64,000 nt of DNA. It comes from Methanotrichaceae archaeon (lineage in GTDB: Archaea > Halobacteriota > Methanosarcinia > Methanotrichales > Methanotrichaceae). The translations under genes were made by a program, and so were the position numbers. The notes below the pieces were generated by a model, which was not told the origin of the DNA, searched no databases, and saw only the letters and a program-made list of their open reading frames with translations. Positions 48,477 to 57,736 of this stretch are shown here, piece by piece; the first letter of the stretch is position 1, and every line of letters begins with the position of its first letter. The stretch is from contig CAWDLW010000015.1 of the NCBI GenBank assembly GCA_963803145.1, forward strand, positions 128,001 to 192,000, in the 5' to 3' direction.

Positions 48477-50126
48477 CTAACACATTTTGCAGGCGATAGG
48501 CATTCTCCAGCCGCTGCCAAAGGCTCGATCTGTAACCTTTATTCCAGGAGCAGCCTGCTTCCGCTTGAACTCAGCTGACTTGACAAGGGATAGTACATGG
48601 CTAACAGTCGCTGCATCAAATCCTTGTGCAATGATCTCCTCTGAAGATTGGTGTTGTTGTATATGCATCTCAAGGATTGCATCAAGAATATCGTAAGGCG
48701 GCAAGCTGTCCTGGTCTGTCTGACATGGCCTCAGCTCGGCCGTTGGTGCTTTTGTAAGAATGGCATTGGGGATTATGTCCTTCCTCGCATTTAGCCAGTT
48801 CGCGATTCGATAAATCATGGTCTTGGGAACATCAGATATCACGGCTAAACCACCTGACATATCGCCATAGATTGTGCAATAGCCCACCGCAAGCTCTGAC
48901 TTATTTCCAGTCGTGAGCAGGAGAGAACCGTACTTATTCGAGATGGCCATGAGCAGGTTTCCTCGTATTCTGGCCTGGATGTTCTCCTCAGTCACATCCT
49001 TCTCTAGTCCGCGAAAGGCATCCTTAAGGCTGAGATCAAAGGAACCCATGATCTCATTGATGGGTAGTGTCAGCGTTTTTATGCCCAGTCTGCGAGAAAG
49101 CGTCAGCGAATCATCGATGCTTCCCTGGCTCGAATAAGGCGACGGCATGAGCACACCCAAAACATTTTCGGGACCAAGGGCCTCTGCTGCAACGCTCGCA
49201 GTGAGTGCAGAATCGATGCCTCCCGATAAGCCCAGCAATACTCCCTTAAATCCGCATTTGCGGCAATAATCCCTTATTCCTAAAACAAGAGCGTTCCAGA
49301 TCTCAGCCTCGGGTGTGAAATCATCATCTGCAATAGGACCGAGACGGGACTTCAAATCTACTACTACAATATCCTCCTCGAATCCTTTGCCGCGGGCTAT
49401 GAGCTTGCCGACGGCGCCAAAGGCACAGCTTCTGCCATCAAAAACCAGATCATCATTGCCCCCAATCTGGTTGACATAGATAAAAGGAACTCCGTACTTG
49501 TGTGCCATGCCGCCCAGCATCGCCTCGCGGTGAAGCTGCTTGCCAACTGAAAATGGTGATGCTGATAAATTGATGATGGCCTCTGCTCCGACTTTCACAA
49601 GCTCCTCAATTGGATCTGTGTGATAGCGCCTGCGCTTCCAGAAATCGCGATCATTCCAGACATCCTCGCAGATAGATATACCCATTTTGATTCCATCTAA
49701 TTCAAGAATCTGAGGATTGTATCCTGGTTCAAAATAGCGATCCTCGTCGAATACATCATAAGTTGGCAGCAAAGTCTTATGAAAGGTTCGTATGATTTTG
49801 CCGTCATGCAGTAATGCAGCTGAGTTGAAGAGTGGCCTGCCTTCTAACGCTGGATTAGGGGCAGCTATGCCCACCAGCGCCGGTATACATCCCGCCAGCT
49901 CTTTGGCGAGATTCTCTAGGACATGCCAGCTTCGACTGATGAAGTCTGCATTCAGAAGTAGATCGCGAGGCGGATAGCCCAGGAGAGCAAGTTCTGAGGT
50001 TATCGCCAGATCCGCATCAATGCCTCGAATGGCATGAGATATTAGATCTGCATTGCCTTTCAGATCTCCAACTGTTGGATTGAGCTGCAGTAGCGCAAGT
50101 TTCATTTCAGGTTTAATAGCACGCAT
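48477..50126 (-). CDS. nadE: Glutamine-dependent NAD+ synthetase
   Basis: Nitrilase domain (EL..GYPP, K.LLPTY, ICED) plus LGLSGGIDS, NIQARIRG, TGNKSE, PTAEL; start could be 50105. Confidence 0.96.
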   Translation of the reverse strand: MRAIKPEMKLALLQLNPTVGDLKGNADLISHAIRGIDADLAITSELALLGYPPRDLLLNADFISRSWHVLENLAKELAGCIPALVGIAAPNPALEGRPLFNSAALLHDGKIIRTFHKTLLPTYDVFDEDRYFEPGYNPQILELDGIKMGISICEDVWNDRDFWKRRRYHTDPIEELVKVGAEAIINLSASPFSVGKQLHREAMLGGMAHKYGVPFIYVNQIGGNDDLVFDGRSCAFGAVGKLIARGKGFEEDIVVVDLKSRLGPIADDDFTPEAEIWNALVLGIRDYCRKCGFKGVLLGLSGGIDSALTASVAAEALGPENVLGVLMPSPYSSQGSIDDSLTLSRRLGIKTLTLPINEIMGSFDLSLKDAFRGLEKDVTEENIQARIRGNLLMAISNKYGSLLLTTGNKSELAVGYCTIYGDMSGGLAVISDVPKTMIYRIANWLNARKDIIPNAILTKAPTAELRPCQTDQDSLPPYDILDAILEMHIQQHQSSEEIIAQGFDAATVSHVLSLVKSAEFKRKQAAPGIKVTDRAFGSGWRMPIACKMC

Positions 50127-50245
50127 ATAGATTTAAAGCCGATTGGACCTTGTATTACAAACAAGTATAAGGCGCTATGATGAAATGGCCTGACTGATCG
50201 GTGATGAGGATATTGAGTTCTGAGCGCCTTTTAGAGATCAAAAAT

Positions 50246-51226
50246 CTAAAGATCTTTATGAGGCACAAGGTCGCACCCTGTACATTTATAGCAGCCTGTC
50301 AGAGCTAGATTTCCCTGAAGATCATTCCTATCCAGAGATTTTCGCAGATAGCATGCGAGGCCCAATAGTCTCTCAGATGAAGGCCTGATCATATCGATTT
50401 CGCCGATACGTAAGGGATGAGGGTAGACTGCCCTTAAAACAGGAAGCACTCCCACCTCTGTTAGCTCATCAATTCCTGAACGCAGTGTTTTATCAGATTC
50501 GCCTAACCCGATAATCACATTGGAGAAAACTCTATTCTTGCCGAAGATAGCAACTGCCTCTTCAAGCGCATCCATGATACCCATATAAGAAATGCCCGGG
50601 CATACCCTTCCAAAAAGGTCTTGATCGAGGGTTTCGATATTGTACTTCACTTCATCAGCCCCAGCGCTTTTCAGAATCTTGTTTACACCTGGGAAAGGAC
50701 TTATTGAGACTCCGATTGGCACTCCGATACCTTTGGCCTTGAGATCTCTGACTATTCCAGCTATCCTTTCAGCCTCCCGCTCGGGCGAGACCTCAACACC
50801 TGAGGTAAGAGAGACAGCTCTCAATTTGCCTGTATCTGCGGCCTTATCGATCATTCCACCTACCAGCGCAGATGGCTTCACCCTTCCGCACAGCTTTGGT
50901 ACAGCGCAGAATTTGCAGTCGTAGATGCATCGCTCAGAAACGGTGATATACGCCTGTTCAGGACAGTGAAGAAGAGGCTCAACAAGCTCGCCTTGTGCAA
51001 CTTTTTCGCCTCCATGAAGTATCTCCACACCATTTTCGAGCCTTTTCAGGCTTAGCTCTGATTTCTCTACAACACTCAGCCTTACAATCCGATCTCCAGA
51101 GCGGAAGAAGATAGATTGTCCTCCGGCACCAGGGCCGGACGTAGATGATAGGCCGAAGGGTCCATGCTCCGCCATCTCTATCGTGCCTATCGAGATAAGG
51201 CGTGCTTTGGTCTCAAGATCCATCAA
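50246..51226 (-). CDS. Radical SAM protein (biotin-synthase-related, uncharacterised)
   Basis: CIYDCKFC; C-terminal CYKCTGCD. Confidence 0.85.
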   Translation of the reverse strand: MMDLETKARLISIGTIEMAEHGPFGLSSTSGPGAGGQSIFFRSGDRIVRLSVVEKSELSLKRLENGVEILHGGEKVAQGELVEPLLHCPEQAYITVSERCIYDCKFCAVPKLCGRVKPSALVGGMIDKAADTGKLRAVSLTSGVEVSPEREAERIAGIVRDLKAKGIGVPIGVSISPFPGVNKILKSAGADEVKYNIETLDQDLFGRVCPGISYMGIMDALEEAVAIFGKNRVFSNVIIGLGESDKTLRSGIDELTEVGVLPVLRAVYPHPLRIGEIDMIRPSSERLLGLACYLRKSLDRNDLQGNLALTGCYKCTGCDLVPHKDL

Positions 51227-51279
51227 CTTTCTGTCTACTCACATACCTTAAAGAAATTATCCTATCATATATCTCAGAG

Positions 51280-51747
51280 ATGATTCTGCATCTCTTCCAT
51301 GACGGCAAATGTCTGGCAGATGTGGCCTATCTTAAGGATGCCATTGAGGTATGCTATGGTGTCTATGGTTTAAGGGTGCAGGATCGAGGATACCTCTATG
51401 TGCCTTTAAAGGGGCAGCTTCTGGATGCTGCGAAACTGCTGAGGTATCTTGAAATCGCTGCAAACAAGCGAGCATCGCTCTGGATAATAGGCGGCAAAAT
51501 CTTTTACCCTGGCTCCGGTTTTGTCTTCGGCTGCTCTGCTGAAATGTGTGCCGTCTTATCGGCAGCTGAGATGGAGCCTGAGATCCTCGCCAAAGAGGCG
51601 CTACATGAGGTCGGCCACATCCTGGGCCTGGGGCATTGCAGCAAGAGCTGTGTGATGAACCTCTCAGATTCAATTGAAATGGCAAAGGAGAAGCCTTCGT
51701 TCCTCTGCTCTAGCTGCTCAGAACGAATAGGATTCCCCAGGATCTAG
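51280..51747 (+). CDS. Archaemetzincin-like zinc metalloprotease
   Basis: HEVGHILGLGHC..CVM..CSSC. Confidence 0.8.
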   Translation: MILHLFHDGKCLADVAYLKDAIEVCYGVYGLRVQDRGYLYVPLKGQLLDAAKLLRYLEIAANKRASLWIIGGKIFYPGSGFVFGCSAEMCAVLSAAEMEPEILAKEALHEVGHILGLGHCSKSCVMNLSDSIEMAKEKPSFLCSSCSERIGFPRI

Positions 51748-51998
51748 ACAACTGTCACAATATTGCTCTGGCCGAGGATCGGCCTGTTGATATCATAAGC
51801 GAACATCCTGAAATCGTACTGACCAGGCTCCATAGATGCCTGAAGGTTATCTCAAAGTAGCTATTACTAGCACAGCTACTATCATTAGAACCGATGGCTT
51901 CAATGGCCTCATGCTCATATATCTATAGCGATTGCTCGAGGGGTATAAAATGATATGGTGCCATTCTTCAGCCAGCTATTTAAATAGGGATTGCCATT

Positions 51999-52484
51999 AT
52001 GGAAGATATGGATTGTAACAAAGACTGCCACAAAGTCTGCCAAAAAGGCTGCCAGGAGTTCTGCACATGGGTAGAAAACATGCCATACCATGTGCATTAC
52101 GTTCTCCCAAAGGAGAAATATCCAAAGCTTCCCGAATGCTTTAGTGAGACTATGCTTGGGGAGATGTTCAACGGCGCAGGGCGGCAGCTTCGTGGGCCTT
52201 ACGGAGCACATGTGCATGAGTTCGAGGACAGGTGGGTCATTCACAGGGATAAGGCCGATGCGGGCGTTGATCCCCTTGGCCATCTGGTCAAGGATGCACC
52301 TGAGTATATCGCTTCCATTGTCCTGAGCGCTTTAGTTGGAGGACTACTGGGCAGACATGGCAGGCAGCAGGCGCTTTTGGCTGCAAGCCTGGCAGGCACA
52401 TTTGCCTTCGTCTCCGGAAAGGTCGTAAAGATGCTTAATGGTGATCCTGCCGAGGGCGAGGGGGATGCCCCAAGGATAAGCTGA
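51999..52484 (+). CDS. Hypothetical membrane protein with Cys-rich N-terminus
   Basis: CNKDCHKVCQKGCQEFC; HVHEF..HRD..DPLGHLVKDAPE; two C-terminal hydrophobic helices. Confidence 0.65.
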   Translation: MEDMDCNKDCHKVCQKGCQEFCTWVENMPYHVHYVLPKEKYPKLPECFSETMLGEMFNGAGRQLRGPYGAHVHEFEDRWVIHRDKADAGVDPLGHLVKDAPEYIASIVLSALVGGLLGRHGRQQALLAASLAGTFAFVSGKVVKMLNGDPAEGEGDAPRIS

Positions 52485-52520
52485 ACTTAAGTTGAACTCG
52501 CGTCAAGTTGTAAAGGGATC

Positions 52521-53168
52521 ATGGCCATCTACGATTATCTGGTTTATTTCCTATATGCGTTCACATCAATATTCGTCATAGTTAACCCCATCGAGGCCAC
52601 GATGGTCTTTATCTCTCTTACAACGGGTATGGAAACAGAAGAGAAGAGGAAGATCTACAAGCATACCACGATAGTAGCCTTTGAGATAGCGTTTATATTC
52701 GCAGTAGGAGGAGATCTCGTCCTGCGGTTCTTCGGCATAACAGTTGATTCGCTGCGTGTGGCAGGCGGCATTCTGCTGTTCTTAGTGGCGCTGGATATGC
52801 TTCGCGGCGGAAGACAGCAAAAGAAGGTCACTGATGCTGAAATGAGAGATGCGAATACCCGAGAAGACATCTCAGTCTTCCCGCTAGCAATGCCGCTTTT
52901 GACAGGCCCAGGTGCAATAACAACAGTAGTCGTATTGATGGGCGCAGCTGCTACCATTCCTGAGAAGGCGATGGTCATTCTTGCCATAACGCTGACATTT
53001 GTATTGGCCTACTTCATTCTCAAGTTCTCGGAGTTCATTGATAGAGCGCTCGGCATCACAGGTATAATGGTCCTGACAAGGATATTGGGGCTGATACTTG
53101 GAGCCATTGCCGTCAATTTCGTGGCTACCGGTACGTGGAACTTATATCAATCGTTTGCACACGGCTAA
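52521..53168 (+). CDS. MarC-family membrane protein
   Basis: IVNPI, LRVAGGILLF, FPLAMPLLTGPGAIT, TRILGLIL. Confidence 0.92.
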   Translation: MAIYDYLVYFLYAFTSIFVIVNPIEATMVFISLTTGMETEEKRKIYKHTTIVAFEIAFIFAVGGDLVLRFFGITVDSLRVAGGILLFLVALDMLRGGRQQKKVTDAEMRDANTREDISVFPLAMPLLTGPGAITTVVVLMGAAATIPEKAMVILAITLTFVLAYFILKFSEFIDRALGITGIMVLTRILGLILGAIAVNFVATGTWNLYQSFAHG

Positions 53169-53200
53169 AAATCAAATAGCAACTTTTCCATCTACGATTT
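53165..53200 (-). pseudogene. Degenerate 36-bp remnant of the polB 3' end overlapping the marC stop
   Basis: 28/36 identity by hand to the last 12 polB codons; reads KS*MEKLLFDF*. Confidence 0.6.
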
Positions 53201-53433
53201 TCTTTTGATTTGAAGGGCACTATCGTTTTCTAAAACATTCTCCTGAAGAGGGGTTAGGGGCAATCCGCGTGAGCGTTAGAGCGCGCTAGAATGACCCTTA
53301 GTTTTAGCCCCGGAAGAAGTGTAAAGATAATAACCATTTTCAATCTCGGAGCGCGATTCAATCCCTACCTAAGGAAGAACCATAATGTCTTGCGGTTGAA
53401 TCTTGTTCTTTTGGTAATAACGAAACAAAACTT

Positions 53434-53650
53434 CTAATAATCAAGCAGCGACTTATGCTTCTGCGGCTTTGCATTTGCCGTCTCGCCGAAGCTCATCAGG
53501 CTGTTCCGCTTCATATCCTGGCAGAGCTTTGTTCTATTTATCCCGAAGGTCTCGAATGTTCGGAGCACCGGCGACAAAAGCTGCTTTTCGATGTAGCATT
53601 CCATGTCTATTGAGATGATCTTCTCAAGAACATACTTGCGGTCTTCTGCC
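53434..53650 (-). pseudogene. Diverged 217-bp copy of the polB 3' end
   Basis: Colinear and gap-free with 57737-57953, about 33 mismatches by hand; translates AEDRKYVLEK...PQKHKSLLDY*. Confidence 0.9.
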
Positions 53651-53847
53651 AGCTAAATTCTGTTATATGCTAAAGCATAGAATGCCTTGCCTGAGTGCTT
53701 CCTGGTCATATCAGCAGTGATAACCGCGTATATGCCCATCTGCAATGATGAGTCTAATAAAACATCCAAGATATCAAAGCATAATTTCATGCTCATAAAA
53801 ATGAATGAGCTGATCCTAAGGTTTGCACACGCCCAAGTAATCTTGGA

Positions 53848-55653
53848 TCAGCCCGTCACAGTAAATTGCTCCTGCAAAAGCCACTGATCATTCACATAGA
53901 CATCTACCGTCCAGTCGCCGCGCGGGTCTGGGGCGGAGTTGGTCCCGTGATATGAGTAGCCTTCCTCCTCAGCACTTCTTTGAGCGTCCCATACATTGCT
54001 CTCGCCCCAATTAAAATCTTGAAGCATGCCAGGAACATCTATAAAATCCCAGACGTTGTAAGACGCATAATAGCCACCGTTCGGATTGGGCGGAATGTTA
54101 TAGGTATGTGTTATTTCATAATTTTTACCGTTATTAGTATATTCTCCGCCTTTCCAATCCCATTCGATTCTAGCAGCTCCAATATTTCCCAGCTGCAACC
54201 AGGAGTAAGGCACCAGAGTATCCTTGATTTTGTCGGTTTTCGTGGTTGTAACTGGCTTGCTGGTAGCCTCATCAATTTCGCTTGCCATGCAATGATCAAG
54301 GAGGGTGAAGGTGCCGAGTATAATACCAGGACCAGGCGTTACATTAGAGCCAATCGTCGCTGTTCCTGAGCCGATTTTCAGATCGAATTGCTCAGTCAGG
54401 CGCTTCTTGCCATTAATGTAGACATCTACATGCCAATTGCCCGACATGTACTGTTCCTTTGGTATATCGGCAATATCTAGACCATACCAGACATTGTAAG
54501 AAGGCCAATAGCCACCATTCGGATTGCGATCGATATCAACTTGACCAGTTTTGTAAGGATTGCCATCTGGAGAATACCAATGCCAAGTTACTGTGGCTCC
54601 TAGAATATGTCCTAAATTCAGCCAAGAATAGATTTTGCTATCAGCACTTGAGAACGTGCTGGTTCTAGTAATCACATTATTGGTAGACTCATCGACGTTG
54701 CTTGCCATACAATGATCAAGAATTTCGATGGAGTATAGGCTTGTCAAGTTTATGCCAGTGGCGTTGGTTTCAGGAACCCATGCAGATTGATCTCCCAGTT
54801 CTCTCGCCGTGGCGTAGGCTATATTTGACTCATTAGCTCTTCCGAGCGCCTTTAGAGCATAGCCTTTGTTAGTCCAGACTATTGAAATATCCGGGGCAAG
54901 CTCAATGGCTTTATCATAAGCCTGGAGAGCCTCCTCATACTTTCCTTGCTTAAAGAGAGCTTCGCCTTTGCTATTCAATGCCTGCCAGTTCTGGAAATTG
55001 TTGGGATCAGAATTGATAGCCTCATCGTAGAAGTGAATGGCTTCGTCATATCTTCCTTCGCCCTTGAGATTATCGCCTTTAGTAATAGCCAGATAGTATC
55101 TGTTTTGATTGTACAGATCCTTGTAAGCGAACTCGTCCGATTTGGTAAGATTATATTGATACTGATTTTCTGGCGTTGCGGCCTTCTGACCTTCTGATAT
55201 CGAAAAATACTCAGTGAGCATCTTCCTGCCATCCAGGAAAACATCTACATGCCAATCACCAGGGCGGTTAGCTGCATTCTTTCCAGCAATATCGATAGAA
55301 GACCAGATATTGTAGGCATTCCAGTAGGATCCGCTTGTTGGCATGGGGATCTCCGCGCTATCCATCTCTAGTATTTGGCCATCTGGAGAGTACCAATTCC
55401 AATGGACCGTACCAGACCCAACATCTCCCAGGCTCAGCCAGGAATATGCTGTGCTATCGTTTACAGAGAACTCTTGGGTTCTGGAGATAACAGCCCTGGA
55501 GGACTCGTCGATGCTAGTAGCCATGCTGTGATCAAGAACAGATACATCGAGAACGCCTTTGCTATCCCAATCAGCTGCTGTTGTCTGACCAAATGCTGGA
55601 GGGGATAGCAGTGCCAGCATAATCAAGATCAAAACGAGCCTGATCCCTTTAAT
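53848..55653 (-). CDS. Secreted TPR protein with three repeated beta-rich domains
   Basis: DH.MA...DE....WL.LG..W.WYSPDG..YNVW..GDWHVDV units x3 plus TPRs; start ATT 55653 (after GGAGG) or TTG 55632. Confidence 0.8.
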   Translation of the reverse strand: MKGIRLVLILIMLALLSPPAFGQTTAADWDSKGVLDVSVLDHSMATSIDESSRAVISRTQEFSVNDSTAYSWLSLGDVGSGTVHWNWYSPDGQILEMDSAEIPMPTSGSYWNAYNIWSSIDIAGKNAANRPGDWHVDVFLDGRKMLTEYFSISEGQKAATPENQYQYNLTKSDEFAYKDLYNQNRYYLAITKGDNLKGEGRYDEAIHFYDEAINSDPNNFQNWQALNSKGEALFKQGKYEEALQAYDKAIELAPDISIVWTNKGYALKALGRANESNIAYATARELGDQSAWVPETNATGINLTSLYSIEILDHCMASNVDESTNNVITRTSTFSSADSKIYSWLNLGHILGATVTWHWYSPDGNPYKTGQVDIDRNPNGGYWPSYNVWYGLDIADIPKEQYMSGNWHVDVYINGKKRLTEQFDLKIGSGTATIGSNVTPGPGIILGTFTLLDHCMASEIDEATSKPVTTTKTDKIKDTLVPYSWLQLGNIGAARIEWDWKGGEYTNNGKNYEITHTYNIPPNPNGGYYASYNVWDFIDVPGMLQDFNWGESNVWDAQRSAEEEGYSYHGTNSAPDPRGDWTVDVYVNDQWLLQEQFTVTG

Positions 55654-55799
55654 GAAGATCCCTCCTTATTCCGCCTATTTGACGAAAATTGTGAAGAGTT
55701 CCCAGCCAATAGGCAATCATGATAATTCATCCTCTTGTTCCATGATATCCCGAGGAGATAAAAAGGCTGGGGCAATCTCTCATTTCCCAGCCCTGATTC

Positions 55800-55965
55800 T
55801 ATTTCCCTTGCAAATCCGGCATCTTATTCGGAAGTTTTCCGGATAATTTCAGAGCTTGATCCATATAGCACCATGCATTAGCATCCTGAGGATCGATCTT
55901 TATAGCCAATTCATAAGCCTTGATTGCCTCGTTATGCGGTCCTTCGCCGCTAGGAAATCACTCTT
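55800..55965 (-). pseudogene. Degraded extra TPR downstream of the 55968 gene
   Basis: EAIKAYELAIKIDPQDANAWCY read after the stop in a shifted frame. Confidence 0.55.
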
Positions 55966-55967
55966 TC

Positions 55968-57530
55968 TCAGTACCACCATTCATCGTCAATTTCAGGATC
56001 GATCTCTATGGACTTATTGTAAGCGCTAGCCGCTTCATCGTGTTTGCCCAGGTCATCAAGAGCCATGCTTTTTAGGTACCATGCATCCGCATCTTTAGGA
56101 TTAATATCGATAGCCTTGTCGATAGCTTGAATGGCATCATTGTACTTTCTCTGACCATAAAGTGCTTCGCCTTTAAAATACCAGGCATCTGCATCTCGTG
56201 GATTTAGCATAGTGGCATTATCAAAAGCTTGAATGGCCTCATCATACTTGCCCGACTTGCTGAGGTTAAGACCCTGATAAACTAAATTAATTTCGTCTGA
56301 TAATTCTTCTAGTGTCAATTGTTCTTTTTTGGAATTAACCGATTTATTTCCTGATGGCCCTGTTGATTGTTCTCCGGATATGGAGAAATACTCTGTGAAT
56401 GCTTTCTGGCCATTAAGGTAAACATCCACATGCCAATCTCCAGGCAGGTTAGCTGCGTTATCTCCGGCTATATAGATATAAGACCAGACGTTATAAGAAG
56501 GCCAATAGTCACCGCTTGGAGTAGGAATATCAACCGTTTCATTTCTGTAAAGATTGCCGTCGGGAGAATACCACTGCCATTTGACTGTGCCATTTTCAGC
56601 CTTTCCCAGGCTTAACCAGGAGTATGCTTTGCTATCGGTACTGGAGAATGTGTAGGCTCTAGTGATCACATTATTGGTAGATTCATCGACATTGTTTGCC
56701 ATTATGTGATCTTTAACAAAGGTGCTGGATGCGGGAGTTCGGCCAGGTGCTGAACTAGGGTTGATGGCTGCTGCATTGCTCATCGATGCAAAATTGCCGT
56801 ATCCCAGCTCGCTAGCCTTCGCATAGGCTGCCTCCGCCTCTCCGGTTCGGCCCAGCTCCTTTAGAGCATCGCCTTCGCTTGACCAATAAAGCCCTTTGTT
56901 TGGCCTCAGCTGAATAGCCTTCTCGTAAGCCTCCAAAGCCTTATCGTATTTGTTCAGCGCCCAGAAATTATTGCCGATTAAATTCCATGGAGACGCAAAA
57001 TAAGGGTCCGATTTTATGGATTCTTTCAGGATATCCGTGGACTCGTCATACCTTCCAGTATCAGACAGGATCCATCCCTTTCTGTACAGAGCCCAGGCGT
57101 CTTTTGGATTTGCCTTAATTATCTTATCAAGGCTTTCAATAGCTTTAGACTTTGAGGGGTTTTCAAATGCTTTTTCTATCCAATACAATGTTGTGTTCCG
57201 GGCGGTCATATTTTCTGCATCTACCAAACCAGGTGAAACTGACTGGAAGCCAAAGCCCCGCAGGACCATATTGAAACCGTTCTGATAGAGGTCACCGTTA
57301 ACGATAGGCTCTCCGCTGCCCGTATCGATCCCTCTAAAAGTAACATCCTTGGTCAAAACTACGCTCTCATTATAAATCCCGCTGTACACATCAATTGTAT
57401 CATTTGGATGTGCCGCATAAACCACAGCTTGAATGCTTGTGCTGTCGCAACCCCTCAGGCATACAGTCTCATGCGCTGATGCAAATCCTGCTATCAGTAA
57501 GATAACTAGAATTGACAGAATTGGTTTCAA
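55968..57530 (-). CDS. Secreted TPR protein with a short NosD/pectin-lyase-like N-terminus and one repeated beta-rich domain
   Basis: Signal peptide; TSIQAVV.AA..DTIDVYSGIYNESV; multiple TPRs; the same domain as the 53848 gene. Confidence 0.8.
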   Translation of the reverse strand: MKPILSILVILLIAGFASAHETVCLRGCDSTSIQAVVYAAHPNDTIDVYSGIYNESVVLTKDVTFRGIDTGSGEPIVNGDLYQNGFNMVLRGFGFQSVSPGLVDAENMTARNTTLYWIEKAFENPSKSKAIESLDKIIKANPKDAWALYRKGWILSDTGRYDESTDILKESIKSDPYFASPWNLIGNNFWALNKYDKALEAYEKAIQLRPNKGLYWSSEGDALKELGRTGEAEAAYAKASELGYGNFASMSNAAAINPSSAPGRTPASSTFVKDHIMANNVDESTNNVITRAYTFSSTDSKAYSWLSLGKAENGTVKWQWYSPDGNLYRNETVDIPTPSGDYWPSYNVWSYIYIAGDNAANLPGDWHVDVYLNGQKAFTEYFSISGEQSTGPSGNKSVNSKKEQLTLEELSDEINLVYQGLNLSKSGKYDEAIQAFDNATMLNPRDADAWYFKGEALYGQRKYNDAIQAIDKAIDINPKDADAWYLKSMALDDLGKHDEAASAYNKSIEIDPEIDDEWWY

Positions 57531-57736
57531 TTTTGACTCCTCCTCGCCTCAAATGTTAGCAATTGCAGTTACATAGCTATAAATTTTGGGCCAAAGGTGA
57601 GAATAGCTTAGTTCTTTACTTAATGCGGCATAGAACTTCTTCAAGCGGCTCCCTTCAAACCGAATTCTGGAGGTGTATTAACCTTCCCTCTAATTGAGCA
57701 CAGCCCTGTCTGCCAGCTCAATCCTTTTATACACCA

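Noticed and set aside
53245-53375. GC-rich, possibly structured segment between the polB relics (tRNA or MITE?)
   Set aside because: No cloverleaf or T-loop consensus; the inverted repeats are too imperfect to call
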